Below, piece by piece: positions 1-8,565 of a stretch of DNA of 28,524 bases. Within the stretch, counting starts at the first letter, position 1. Every line of letters starts with the position of its first letter. The notes under the pieces are model-generated. The model worked only from the letters and a program-made list of their open reading frames with translations. It did not search any database and had not been told where the DNA came from. A program made the position numbers and the translations under genes. Where the stretch lies: the IMG/VR virus record IMGVR_UViG_3300025880_000959, positions 1 through 28,524 of that record. One strand, 5' to 3'. This DNA is from a virus. Its lineage: Duplodnaviria > Caudoviricetes.

Positions 1-671
1 AGACCTGTCTTGTTCTTAGTGCCCTTCTTACGTACACCTGGATATGCACTAAACACATTGTCACTAGTGTCGCCACGCATACATTTCTCAAACAATAGAT
101 ACTGAGGGTCTTCTAGTGTCTTATGTTCTTTAGTCTTCTTGTCAATGACTGGACGACCTTTATCATCAAAATAGCCATCGATAGTAATTAATTGTCTAGT
201 AACACCGTTATACATATGAACAGACTCTGATAACAATTGTAGATAGTCAGTGTCAGTTGAGATAATGATATGCTCATCATCTGGATGTAGTGCGGCGAAT
301 CGTGCTATACAATCATCAGCCTCAGCATTAGGATCACGTAAAACTGTTACATTAGTTTTCTCTGATAAGAAATCAATTAATGATTGATAAGTCTCCCAGA
401 ACATTTCGCTCTCTTCGACCTCAGCCTCAGTCATGTCTTGTTCTTTGACTTTACGTGTTGCCTTGTAAGGCGTGTAAAAATCCTTACGCCATGAACGACC
501 TTCTAAACAAAAGACTACATGATCGACACCATAGTTACGAACTGCTTGGTTGACTGACCCTAGAGTCAGATGCAATGCCATGCCTATCTTTTCCCAAGTA
601 TCTGCATTACGTGATGCAACATGCTTGGCACGAAAGAATGTATTCATTGTGTCTATTAGTGCGTATTTCAT
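1..671 (-). CDS. rnh: T4-like RNase H / 5'-3' exonuclease (partial, runs off window start)
   Basis: Not in ORF track. Manual translation from ATG at 671 gives MKYALIDTMNTFFR...VVFCLEGRSWRKDFYTPYKATR...EADDCIA...ISTDTDYLQL...RGDTSDNV, the acidic motif series of the FEN/T4 RNase H family. Confidence 0.9.
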   Translation of the reverse strand, partial: MKYALIDTMNTFFRAKHVASRNADTWEKIGMALHLTLGSVNQAVRNYGVDHVVFCLEGRSWRKDFYTPYKATRKVKEQDMTEAEVEESEMFWETYQSLIDFLSEKTNVTVLRDPNAEADDCIARFAALHPDDEHIIISTDTDYLQLLSESVHMYNGVTRQLITIDGYFDDKGRPVIDKKTKEHKTLEDPQYLLFEKCMRGDTSDNVFSAYPGVRKKGTKNKTG

Positions 672-684
672 ATACCAGTACTCT

Positions 685-734
685 TATTTATCATAATATG
701 AGTGTATTATACGCAATAACTTAGCAGATTGCAA
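685..734 (-). promoter_or_regulatory. Tandem sigma70-like promoter and T4-late-like box upstream of rnh
   Basis: TTGCAA (734-729), 17 bp, TATAAT (711-706), followed by GATAAATA (692-685). Confidence 0.65.
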
Positions 735-758
735 GCCTTTATGGGTAAAAAGGGTAAA

Positions 759-1079
759 TTAAATAATTGGGGGAGGGGTAGGCGGAATATATGCTTGTAC
801 ACCAGAGTCTTTTGTAGGCTCGACAAAACCTTCTGCTTGTGCTACTTCTTTGTTATCAAAGAACTTATACATTTCTTCTATTAAAAATGCTCTAGTCTCA
901 GGGTTAGATAAGTCCATTCTGCGTTCATTGATAAGAGTGGTTTGATGTGACTTCCATGCATCAAATGCTTTCTGAGATACAGTTTCTAATAAGTCTTTAC
1001 CTGCTTGTCCTGGTAAAGGTGGAAAGGACATTGCTGGTAGTTCCTCTTGGTATTTTTTACAAAAGACTACTGTTTCCAT
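759..1079 (-). CDS. yggX: Fe(II)-trafficking / oxidative damage protection protein YggX
   Basis: VFC at Cys7, PG.xG, S.xA...W..HQT.LINE, and R..L..EM..F match the YggX pattern; Pro-rich C-terminal extension. Confidence 0.88.
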   Translation of the reverse strand: METVVFCKKYQEELPAMSFPPLPGQAGKDLLETVSQKAFDAWKSHQTTLINERRMDLSNPETRAFLIEEMYKFFDNKEVAQAEGFVEPTKDSGVQAYIPPTPPPII

Positions 1080-1501
1080 TATTGTACCTCTGAGCGGCCA
1101 TCGCCTAAATCTTTCTTTGTAACTACTCGCATTTCTGCACCTGTGATAGGATCAACATCTCTGTTTCTATTCTGAGGATCTGCTTGATCTTGTTCGTAGA
1201 CTTCTAATGCAATGTTTCGACATACAGTCTGAAACCATCTATCTACAAGTTCTTCATCAGTATCGTCTTCTTTTACTTTGTATCCTTGCTTGATAAGATT
1301 CAATACAAACTTATCATTCCAATCCATTTCAAATGCACCGTTATTAATATCTTCAGGATCAAGTTGCATGTCTAAGATAGATACCCAAGGTTCTCCAGCC
1401 CTAGTTGCCTTTTCCTTCTCACTAAGTTTATGTACTGATTTCTTTTTCGGTGCTGGTTCGGGTTTTTTCTTACCGAACATATTTTTTATATTTTCAAACA
1501 T
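1079..1501 (-). CDS. Hypothetical phage protein
   Basis: 140-aa ORF tightly packed between uvsE and yggX (TAATG overlap at 1079); no recognisable motif. Confidence 0.75.
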   Translation of the reverse strand: MFENIKNMFGKKKPEPAPKKKSVHKLSEKEKATRAGEPWVSILDMQLDPEDINNGAFEMDWNDKFVLNLIKQGYKVKEDDTDEELVDRWFQTVCRNIALEVYEQDQADPQNRNRDVDPITGAEMRVVTKKDLGDGRSEVQ

Positions 1502-2527
1502 TTAATCCCTCTCTGTCATATACTTATCATGCAATTTGAATGACGCAAGATTTTTACCTTTAGACTCGCACATAATGTCAGCCCATGCTAGATGATCAAG
1601 TGCCCAGTCATTTGCTGGATTGTTCCAGAAGTATTCAGAATGAGCCCTGAGTTTTTGCTTCTTGTAACCTGATTCTAGTAGTGTATCTAACTGTGGTAAT
1701 TCATCAGCATTGTGACCTACAAGACAATCCTCACGTGATACTGAGTAATGAATGACAGGACGAACACCACGCCATGAATCAATTATACGCTTACATCGAT
1801 CATCGGTTGGTAGAATGTATTCTCCGTCTTTGACCCAGTGATGGTGTATGTCCAAAACGAGTGCAACATGATCGGCGAGTTCGAGGCTGGCATCAAGTCC
1901 CCATGACATTTCGTCATTTTCGATTGTAATTGTGTTTCGTGCCTCGGGTGAGAGTCTGGGTAAGACATCGATAATACCTTGCGGACCTTTCTTGCCCGAG
2001 ATGTGTACATTGATTTTAAAGTCCTGAAATGATCGACCGTAGCCCATTGCCCTTGCCATATCAACATGATATTCAAACTCCGTTATACTGTTATTTACTA
2101 TACCTTCACTTGCTGATGCAAGAACTGTAAACTGACCTGGATGAAACGATAGCCTGACATTGTTTGTACGTGCAACCTCACCGATAGGCGCACATAGTTG
2201 CTCCATACGATTACGAACGTCAGTCTGTTTGTAGAAGTATGCGAATTCAGGATGACTGTAGCCACATAGCATATCACTAGTTAGACGTACCATACGTAAT
2301 GATTGGGGTAATGTAGCGACCTTAGATACAAGATTGTATGTATTAGTCAGATTACGCTCCATGATGTCCCACATTTTTTGTTCTGCGAGATCAGGATTAT
2401 TACGTAACCACGTGAGTGTAGTGGAACCCGTATTGAGACCCTCAGTAGAAACCATTTGTTGCTTGTGATTGATTTCTGACCATTTACATGCGAAGCCAAT
2501 TCTTTTAATATTGTTATTTGTAAACAT
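1502..2527 (-). CDS. uvsE: UV damage repair endonuclease (UvsE/UVDE)
   Basis: RIGFAC, RLSFHPGQF, IENDE, LDIHHHW, HYS, AHS and ESKGK motifs. Confidence 0.93.
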   Translation of the reverse strand: MFTNNNIKRIGFACKWSEINHKQQMVSTEGLNTGSTTLTWLRNNPDLAEQKMWDIMERNLTNTYNLVSKVATLPQSLRMVRLTSDMLCGYSHPEFAYFYKQTDVRNRMEQLCAPIGEVARTNNVRLSFHPGQFTVLASASEGIVNNSITEFEYHVDMARAMGYGRSFQDFKINVHISGKKGPQGIIDVLPRLSPEARNTITIENDEMSWGLDASLELADHVALVLDIHHHWVKDGEYILPTDDRCKRIIDSWRGVRPVIHYSVSREDCLVGHNADELPQLDTLLESGYKKQKLRAHSEYFWNNPANDWALDHLAWADIMCESKGKNLASFKLHDKYMTERD

Positions 2528-2528
2528 T

Positions 2529-2536
2529 GATAAATA
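2529..2536 (+). promoter_or_regulatory. T4-late-like promoter box for the 592-aa gene
   Basis: GATAAATA about 30 nt upstream of ATG 2566; the same octamer recurs in other intergenic regions. Confidence 0.55.
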
Positions 2537-2565
2537 CTCTTATAAAGTGATGGAAAATAAAACCT

Positions 2566-4344
2566 ATGCATGATATACGAAACATACTGAATATTATAAA
2601 CGAAAGTGAGGGTAATGTCAAATCTAATTTACCCGAAGCGAATCCGGGTGTAACGTCAGATTTAGTAAAAACCACAGCAAAGTTTCAAGGACGCTCAGAT
2701 GGTTCTAATGACGGCATGTCTAATGATTTTGAAGTAATGTCTTTAGAAGATTTCTTACTAGATAATGGCGTAGAACCTGATGAAGATGCAGAAGAATTGG
2801 CTATCAAACAACAAGCCCGGGCTGATGGAGATGATGAAGCAGAAGATTTAGAAGAATTCTATGTACCTCCCTACAATAATAACAAGAACATAAGATCAGC
2901 AAATCAGAGATCATCTGGTAGATGTGAAAAATGTAGAGGAGATGGAACAATACTCAATCCTCAAAGAACAGACGTTATGGTTTGCCCAGAATGTAGTGGA
3001 GCAGGATTCTTTGGAGATACAAAGAATCGCAGAGAACCAGCAGATCAATATACAGAAGGTTTAGGAAAGGATGGTAAAGGACCTGCTGTTAAGTATAAAG
3101 ATAGCACTCAAGCAGATTTAGATCAAAGAATTGCAAATGCAAGTCCACCTAAAAGAGATAAGGAAGAGGCTTCAGCAGATGAAGGCGAAGTTGCTAGACA
3201 TTTAAGACACATGAGACAACTCTCAGGTCAATCAAAAATCGATGAAGTACTTGATGCTCAATCTCGTAAATTAGGCGACAAAGAATTAACTGATTACTTA
3301 GATAGAATTCTAGCAAAACAAAAAGGTAAGACAGATAAGTACAAACTTCCGTATGTACACAGATCATTAGTTAAGGATCTTATCCCTATCGTTGACCAAG
3401 AAAAAAACCCGTATGATTTAGACAAATTAGCCAAAGACATTACAGTACGTCCGACTAAGTTACTTAAGCAAAATGAAAAGATGCAACACAGTGACGGTAC
3501 AACTAGTATTTTCTACAATGTTGGTATCCCTGCTTTAACAGGTTTAGGTTATGATGAAGAAAAACAAGAATTTGCTATTGTAAATACATGCCCAGGAGCA
3601 GGAGAGTGTAAGACATTCTGTTATGCTTTAAAAGGTGGATATGTACAATGGAGAGCATCATCATTAAGTCAAACACGTATACTTAACTACTTATGGAATG
3701 ATCCTGACGGATTCATGGAACAATTGTCAACTGAAATAGACAGAGAATCCAGAAAAGCAGATGCTAAACAAGGTAAACATAAAGTTACTATTCGTTGGCA
3801 TGATGCTGGTGATTTCTTCTCAGACAAATATTTAGAAATGGCTTATAAACTAGCCGCAACTCATCCTACTGTAGACTTCTATGCATATACTAAAATGGCA
3901 GACGTTGCAGGTTCAGTTCAAAATAGACCACCCAACTTTAAGATTAACTTCTCAATGGGTGCTAGAAAAGGTGAAGAGAAACGTGTAGACTTCGGTATAA
4001 CAAAGCATTCTTCAGTTGTTCCTAAAGATATCTTTAATGATCTTATTCAGAAAGATGGTAACAAGATTCTCAAAGATAAAGACGGCAAAATTCAATGGAA
4101 TAGTCCTGAAGATTGGGAAACATTCAAAGAAAGACTAGCAAACAAATATTCAATAAATCCACAGTCTATTATTAGTTATTCAGAAATGATGGATATACCA
4201 TTAGGTTCTCGTACTAAAGGCGACAATGCTGATGGTGCAAGAGGATTTAAAAATGATTTATGGAATGTTGTAGTTGCTCCAGGTGATGGAGATGATTCAG
4301 CCAATCGTGCAGACGTGCTTGGTACCTATCTGTTAATGCACTAA
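2566..4344 (+). CDS. GP88-like protein with acidic N-terminal region and DnaJ-type Zn finger
   Basis: C-terminal half has TCPGAGECKTFCYA, IRWHDAGDFF and FYAYTK, typical of phage gene product 88-like proteins. N-terminal half has CEKCRGDG...CPECSGAG. Confidence 0.7.
   Translation: MHDIRNILNIINESEGNVKSNLPEANPGVTSDLVKTTAKFQGRSDGSNDGMSNDFEVMSLEDFLLDNGVEPDEDAEELAIKQQARADGDDEAEDLEEFYVPPYNNNKNIRSANQRSSGRCEKCRGDGTILNPQRTDVMVCPECSGAGFFGDTKNRREPADQYTEGLGKDGKGPAVKYKDSTQADLDQRIANASPPKRDKEEASADEGEVARHLRHMRQLSGQSKIDEVLDAQSRKLGDKELTDYLDRILAKQKGKTDKYKLPYVHRSLVKDLIPIVDQEKNPYDLDKLAKDITVRPTKLLKQNEKMQHSDGTTSIFYNVGIPALTGLGYDEEKQEFAIVNTCPGAGECKTFCYALKGGYVQWRASSLSQTRILNYLWNDPDGFMEQLSTEIDRESRKADAKQGKHKVTIRWHDAGDFFSDKYLEMAYKLAATHPTVDFYAYTKMADVAGSVQNRPPNFKINFSMGARKGEEKRVDFGITKHSSVVPKDIFNDLIQKDGNKILKDKDGKIQWNSPEDWETFKERLANKYSINPQSIISYSEMMDIPLGSRTKGDNADGARGFKNDLWNVVVAPGDGDDSANRADVLGTYLLMH
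2593..2621 (-). promoter_or_regulatory. Consensus sigma70 promoter for uvsE, embedded antisense in the 592-aa gene
   Basis: TTGACA (2621-2616), 17 bp, TATAAT (2598-2593). Confidence 0.75.
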
Positions 4345-5201
4345 ATCTTAAGTAGTTCTTCGAAACTATAAAGGTTTGTCATATATGTTGATTTATCTTT
4401 AAGTACTGTTTCAACAAGATCGCCTTGTCTACGAGGTCCATACTTAATATCAAAGTCAACATTGTTAACTTCTTTGAACTTCTCTGCTATCTCAGTAACA
4501 CTTCTACCCACACCATGCCCTAGACATTCGATGCTGTTTGAAGGTTTGTCAATTGCTTTTGATAATGACTCACAGATTTCCATAACATGTACATAGTCTC
4601 TAAGACATGTTCCGTCAGGCGTATCATAGTCATTGCCAAAGATTGTTAGTTCTTTAGTGTCGATTGCATTGACAAGATTATACATCAGTCCATCAGGGTT
4701 TGTTGCAGGGAATCCAGCAGTACCAATCACATTATAGAATCTAAAGATTGAAAAGTCCTTTGGATTACGTTTCATACAGTATTCTATAATACAGTCTTCT
4801 GCCGCACGTTTAGAGACGCCATACGGGTCGTAGCAATGTTCTGCTACACCAGTAGATGCAAAGATAAAATTGTTAGTCTTTACTTTAGACAATACATTCA
4901 TTGTGCCATTGACATTAGTAATGTAGTAACTGATAGGCATTTCTTTGCTTTCATTGACTCTTACTTTACCAGCAAGATGTACGACTGCATCAAACTCCTC
5001 TTCAAAGTCCTTTGGAAAAGGTTGATTGATATCGAAAGGTAGATATTGAAAAAGATGATCTAAGTTAGACTCATCAGGATTAGTAGCATGATGAGGGAAG
5101 TTAATATCTAAACACCATACTCTATGTCCTTGCGATTGCAATAGAGTTGTTAGATGTGATCCTATATAACCTGCACCACCTGTAATTAATACTTTGCTCA
5201 T
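4341..5201 (-). CDS. galE: NAD-dependent epimerase/dehydratase, UDP-glucose 4-epimerase-like
   Basis: TGGAGYIG, VVHLAG, YGVSK (YxxxK), FRFYNV, IFGNDYDTPDGTCLRDYVHV and RRQGD. Confidence 0.9.
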   Translation of the reverse strand: MSKVLITGGAGYIGSHLTTLLQSQGHRVWCLDINFPHHATNPDESNLDHLFQYLPFDINQPFPKDFEEEFDAVVHLAGKVRVNESKEMPISYYITNVNGTMNVLSKVKTNNFIFASTGVAEHCYDPYGVSKRAAEDCIIEYCMKRNPKDFSIFRFYNVIGTAGFPATNPDGLMYNLVNAIDTKELTIFGNDYDTPDGTCLRDYVHVMEICESLSKAIDKPSNSIECLGHGVGRSVTEIAEKFKEVNNVDFDIKYGPRRQGDLVETVLKDKSTYMTNLYSFEELLKI

Positions 5202-5422
5202 AGTTTGATCGCTAATAGTAAAAGGATTGCTACTAATAATACGTTAGTCATAAAAATGCCTATTGCTAAAATTGTGTGATACCATATCCATCTTGTCTTG
5301 TATGCGTTTTCAATCGTTAGTTCTGCAGGATCTACATCATCCTTCATCATGTCTATGATGACCGTTTCTTTTTTGATTTCTGGTTCTGGTTTCTTCCAAA
5401 ACGGTGTATTATACCACGCCAT
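5198..5422 (-). CDS. Small membrane protein
   Basis: 74 aa with a C-terminal hydrophobic segment; SD-like GAGG upstream; ATGA overlap with galE. Confidence 0.7.
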   Translation of the reverse strand: MAWYNTPFWKKPEPEIKKETVIIDMMKDDVDPAELTIENAYKTRWIWYHTILAIGIFMTNVLLVAILLLLAIKL

Positions 5423-5453
5423 CTGCGTACCTCTTTCCTAGTTAGTAATTAGT

Positions 5454-5489
5454 ATTGTATATGGAAAAGGGCCTGATGTCAAGCCCTTT
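5454..5489 (-). promoter_or_regulatory. sigma70 promoter whose -35 lies in the loop of a terminator-like hairpin
   Basis: TTGACA (5482-5477), 17 bp, TACAAT (5459-5454). Inverted repeat AAAGGGC/GCCCTTT at 5466-5472 and 5483-5489, ending in a short T run on the minus strand. Confidence 0.7.
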
Positions 5490-5503
5490 GTTTACCAAAT
5501 TAT

Positions 5504-5725
5504 TTAGATGATTGATTCTTTGTCTTTTGTAGTCCACTGAATTTTAACGCCTCTGCGTTCTAACTCTCTAATACATTTTGCTCTGCGTTTTTTATTAGGT
5601 CTATCTGAATTGATTTCTTTGAATAAGTCTTCTTTAGATATTCCTTTGATATAGTAATTAGTTGTTACTAACTTACCTGTTCCTCTTTCTCTAATCGTTT
5701 CCGTTTTCTTATATTTCGTTGGCAT
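5504..5725 (-). CDS. Small basic hypothetical protein
   Basis: 73-aa Lys/Arg-rich ORF with GGAG SD upstream. Confidence 0.7.
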   Translation of the reverse strand: MPTKYKKTETIRERGTGKLVTTNYYIKGISKEDLFKEINSDRPNKKRRAKCIRELERRGVKIQWTTKDKESII

Positions 5726-5746
5726 TTCTCTCCGTGGTTGTGTGTG

Positions 5747-6238
5747 TTAAATTTCGACTGTAGTAGTCGGCTCCTCTATTTGAAGTAATCCTGCTGGTGG
5801 GTTATTATGCCCAATCATGCTATCACTACTTCCAATAAACTCTTCTCGCTTTGAATCCCAATTCTTTAAAGCATCTTTGATACTTGCTTCTGCTAATACT
5901 GAACAATGCAGTTTGATAGGTGGCAACTCTAAGGCGGCCGCGATGTCTCTGTCTTTGATTAACTGTGCTTCTTCTACTGTCTTGCCTACTAGCATTTCAA
6001 CAAACATAGTTGAACTTGCTATAGCACTTCCACAACCATATGTTTTGAATTTAACATCAACGATCTTTTCGTTTTTGTCTAGTTTGAGTTGAAGTTTCAT
6101 AACATCACCACATGCGGGTGCGCCGGTCATGCCTGTTGCTACATCTTTATCTTTAGGATCAAATCTTCCTACTGAATGTTTCTCTGGATTTTTAAGGACG
6201 TCCTCGAACCTGTCTACTACTTTTTGTGAATATGCCAT
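5747..6238 (-). CDS. iscU: Fe-S cluster scaffold protein IscU
   Basis: MAYS.KV, GAPACGDVMKLQ, FKTYGCGSAIASS and LELPPIKLHCSVLAE; all three Cys and the LPP[VI]K chaperone motif are present. Confidence 0.95.
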   Translation of the reverse strand: MAYSQKVVDRFEDVLKNPEKHSVGRFDPKDKDVATGMTGAPACGDVMKLQLKLDKNEKIVDVKFKTYGCGSAIASSTMFVEMLVGKTVEEAQLIKDRDIAAALELPPIKLHCSVLAEASIKDALKNWDSKREEFIGSSDSMIGHNNPPAGLLQIEEPTTTVEI

Positions 6239-6264
6239 ATTACTTTTACTACTACAAAAACTTA

Positions 6265-6465
6265 TTAAGTTCCGTAATGTTTGCGAATTGTTTCTATTTT
6301 TTCCTCTGCACCTGCGATCACTTCAATCTGTGTTTCAATTGCTTGAACTACGTCTGGGTGTTCGCCAATCCCTGCTGGATTGTCTTCATATACTTTAATG
6401 TTGGCTTTTGCCATTGCGACTTCGCCTTCAAGTTTTTTGATTAATGCTTCTAATAGATAATTCAT
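6265..6465 (-). CDS. Small hypothetical phage protein
   Basis: 66-aa helical ORF with NPAGIGEHPD, co-directional with neighbours. Confidence 0.7.
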   Translation of the reverse strand: MNYLLEALIKKLEGEVAMAKANIKVYEDNPAGIGEHPDVVQAIETQIEVIAGAEEKIETIRKHYGT

Positions 6466-6481
6466 TGTTGTTTTCCCTTAT

Positions 6482-6500
6482 ACATGAGTATTTATCATGT
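6482..6500 (-). promoter_or_regulatory. T4-late-like box inside a short inverted repeat
   Basis: ACATGA-TAAATAC-TCATGT; GATAAATA at 6496-6489. Confidence 0.55.
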
Positions 6501-6516
6501 TGAGAATTGATTTTTA

Positions 6517-7398
6517 TTATTTTCCAATTGCGTTACCATAAATGTGTACGTGAACTCTGCTAGTATAGTAGTATCCACGTTGTATTGCTTCATCTGCAAT
6601 CGTTGCTTCAGTCTGTACTAGACCTTCATATGTTCCACCTACACCCATAATCCATACAGGAAAATTACATCCTGCTTCTCTAAACAGTTTTATATTTTCT
6701 TCTACTTCTCTCCAACTCTCGTCGGTTCCATTGACTACAAACTTTAACTGACCCTTGTTAGATACTTCTGCATATCTACCGATTACATCAGGCTTGATTG
6801 CTTTCTTAGATTTTTCACCAGCGGTCGCCCATAGTTTAGGACTCAGACTCCAGTACCATTCTCTGCCACCTGCTGACCAATTTTGTATAAAATTTGCAAA
6901 GTCATCTTCGATAGGTCTTGTACCATTTGTCTCAACAGTGACATAGTTAGGCATGTTATTTCTTTTACCGAACTCATCTAAGATATTCATCATACCAGGT
7001 TGTGTGCCTTTGATCATAGGCTCGCCTCCTGTAAACACCATGTGTGTTTCTTGTCCTGTTGCTGGATGTATGAACTTACCATGAGGGAGAAGTGCTGTCA
7101 GTTCGTCTACTGCTTCTGTTACAGTCTTATCAGTGATAAGATGCTTGTATTTCTTACTCCATGTATAAGAACTATCGCATCCTTTGTCAAACACAGGAAG
7201 ATCAAACACACTATCTATGTTTGTGATGTCGATAGTTTCATAAGGGAGTTCATATGTTTCTGGATTAGTAGGATCCTTCTGACCAAAACCATTACATTGT
7301 AGATTACATAAAAAGAAACGCATCCACAACGAGGGAATGCCTACATACTGACCTTCGCCTTGTGCAGAAAAGAATGTTTCACTATACTTTAGTGTCAT
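6517..7398 (-). CDS. queE: 7-carboxy-7-deazaguanine synthase (radical SAM)
   Basis: ETFFSAQGEG, RFFLCNLQC...CDS, VFTGGEP, VETNGT, LSPK, QLKFVV and C-terminal RVHVHIYG. Confidence 0.9.
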   Translation of the reverse strand: MTLKYSETFFSAQGEGQYVGIPSLWMRFFLCNLQCNGFGQKDPTNPETYELPYETIDITNIDSVFDLPVFDKGCDSSYTWSKKYKHLITDKTVTEAVDELTALLPHGKFIHPATGQETHMVFTGGEPMIKGTQPGMMNILDEFGKRNNMPNYVTVETNGTRPIEDDFANFIQNWSAGGREWYWSLSPKLWATAGEKSKKAIKPDVIGRYAEVSNKGQLKFVVNGTDESWREVEENIKLFREAGCNFPVWIMGVGGTYEGLVQTEATIADEAIQRGYYYTSRVHVHIYGNAIGK

Positions 7399-7591
7399 TA
7401 AGTGCCTGTTCTCTTGTTAATCCCATTTCTTTTAGTGCTTCATCTATTTCAAAGTCATAGTAAGCACCTGTCATTTTTCTTAGTTTGCTTCTTTCACTTA
7501 GCATAACGGAACTTTCCCAGCAACCCCATGCCATTACAACGATCACAATTGACCCTGCAAAATATATGAAGATATCATAAATCATAGACAT
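7382..7591 (-). CDS. Small membrane-anchored hypothetical protein
   Basis: N-terminal hydrophobic stretch; alternative start ATG at 7585. Confidence 0.65.
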   Translation of the reverse strand: MSMIYDIFIYFAGSIVIVVMAWGCWESSVMLSERSKLRKMTGAYYDFEIDEALKEMGLTREQALNDTKV

Positions 7592-7620
7592 ATTATAACT
7601 CCTTTAAGGTTAAATGTCAA
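7592..7620 (-). promoter_or_regulatory. Consensus sigma70 promoter upstream of the small ORF and queE
   Basis: TTGACA (7620-7615, includes the upstream TGA stop), 17 bp, TATAAT (7597-7592). Confidence 0.8.
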
Positions 7621-8177
7621 TCCTGCCACCAAGATTCCCAGGGGAAATCTAACCAAAGATCAGGTGTCTCAATTCTGTTAATAGTTTCAGCAAAATAATC
7701 TACATCGTTGAATGAACTAGATTCATTATTAATAAGAGTGGCAAATTTAACGTTGTGATTCCAGACTGTATTCCAAGACTGCTCATCTGGAAAGCATCCA
7801 GCCTCCCAATCATTTTTTATCCAGTTAAGTGTTGCTCCTGAATCATTGATGTCTTCTACAATTAAAATCTTTTTGCGTTTACTTATATCCCAACGACTTT
7901 TTGTTATTTTAATCTCTTCTGGTTCTAATGCTCCGAATGCGTCAACCGACATCCAACAGTTAGATTCAGGTCCTTGTTGAACATTGTCTCGTAATGAAAC
8001 ATCTAAAGCATACATTGGAACTTTAACATAATGTGAGATCATTATCGCAGGAAGTAATCCTCCTCGTGTAATGCCTACAATGTAATCAGGTCTAAAGTTG
8101 TCTAAATGCATTTGGCGTAGAATTTCTTGTACACTGTTTTTAACTTGGTGTAATGTTACTTTTTGTATATCGCTCAC
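7617..8177 (-). CDS. Type I phosphoribosyltransferase, xanthine/guanine PRT-like
   Basis: IVGITRGGLLPA, PRPP loop ILIVEDINDSGAT and C-terminal WLDFPWE. Confidence 0.88.
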   Translation of the reverse strand: MSDIQKVTLHQVKNSVQEILRQMHLDNFRPDYIVGITRGGLLPAIMISHYVKVPMYALDVSLRDNVQQGPESNCWMSVDAFGALEPEEIKITKSRWDISKRKKILIVEDINDSGATLNWIKNDWEAGCFPDEQSWNTVWNHNVKFATLINNESSSFNDVDYFAETINRIETPDLWLDFPWESWWQD

Positions 8178-8407
8178 CGCTCACTCCTAATGGCTTCAGC
8201 CATCGCTTCGTAGTCTTCATCAACAAAAGGAGATGGAATAATTCCGTTCTCCCAATTCTCCGCACAATCTTCAGCATATCGTATTGATTTGCCTTCAAGT
8301 TCCCTAGATTCCACAAGTTTACCATGTTCAAACATGTCTACAACATAAGTTATAGTTGTTCGTGCTTTTACTGTTGCTTTTCTGTTGTTATTACCGAATG
8401 TTCCCAT
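8174..8407 (-). CDS. Small hypothetical phage protein
   Basis: Start revised to ATG 8407 (TAATG overlap with upstream ORF); contains YAEDCAENWENG. Confidence 0.7.
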   Translation of the reverse strand: MGTFGNNNRKATVKARTTITYVVDMFEHGKLVESRELEGKSIRYAEDCAENWENGIIPSPFVDEDYEAMAEAIRSER

Positions 8408-8565
8408 TAGAATATCCATTGTAAAATTAACACAGTTGCAATCCCTTCAAAATACGCAAACCACATCATTTGATGATTAGAAAGGTTAAATTTCCATTTA
8501 AACTCATCTGTTATAGCAATGTGTATATCAGCTACTTTCTTAAACCATTCTTTAATTTTATTCAT
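8407..8565 (-). CDS. 52-aa putative membrane protein (not in ORF track)
   Basis: MNKIKEWFKKVADIHIAITDEFKWKFNLSNHQMMWFAYFEGIATVLILQWIF*; SD AAGGAG upstream; fills the gap exactly. Confidence 0.7.
   Translation of the reverse strand: MNKIKEWFKKVADIHIAITDEFKWKFNLSNHQMMWFAYFEGIATVLILQWIF

Noticed and set aside
2920-3006. DnaJ chaperone call for the 592-aa protein
   Set aside because: Only two CxxCxGxG repeats and no J-domain HPD motif.
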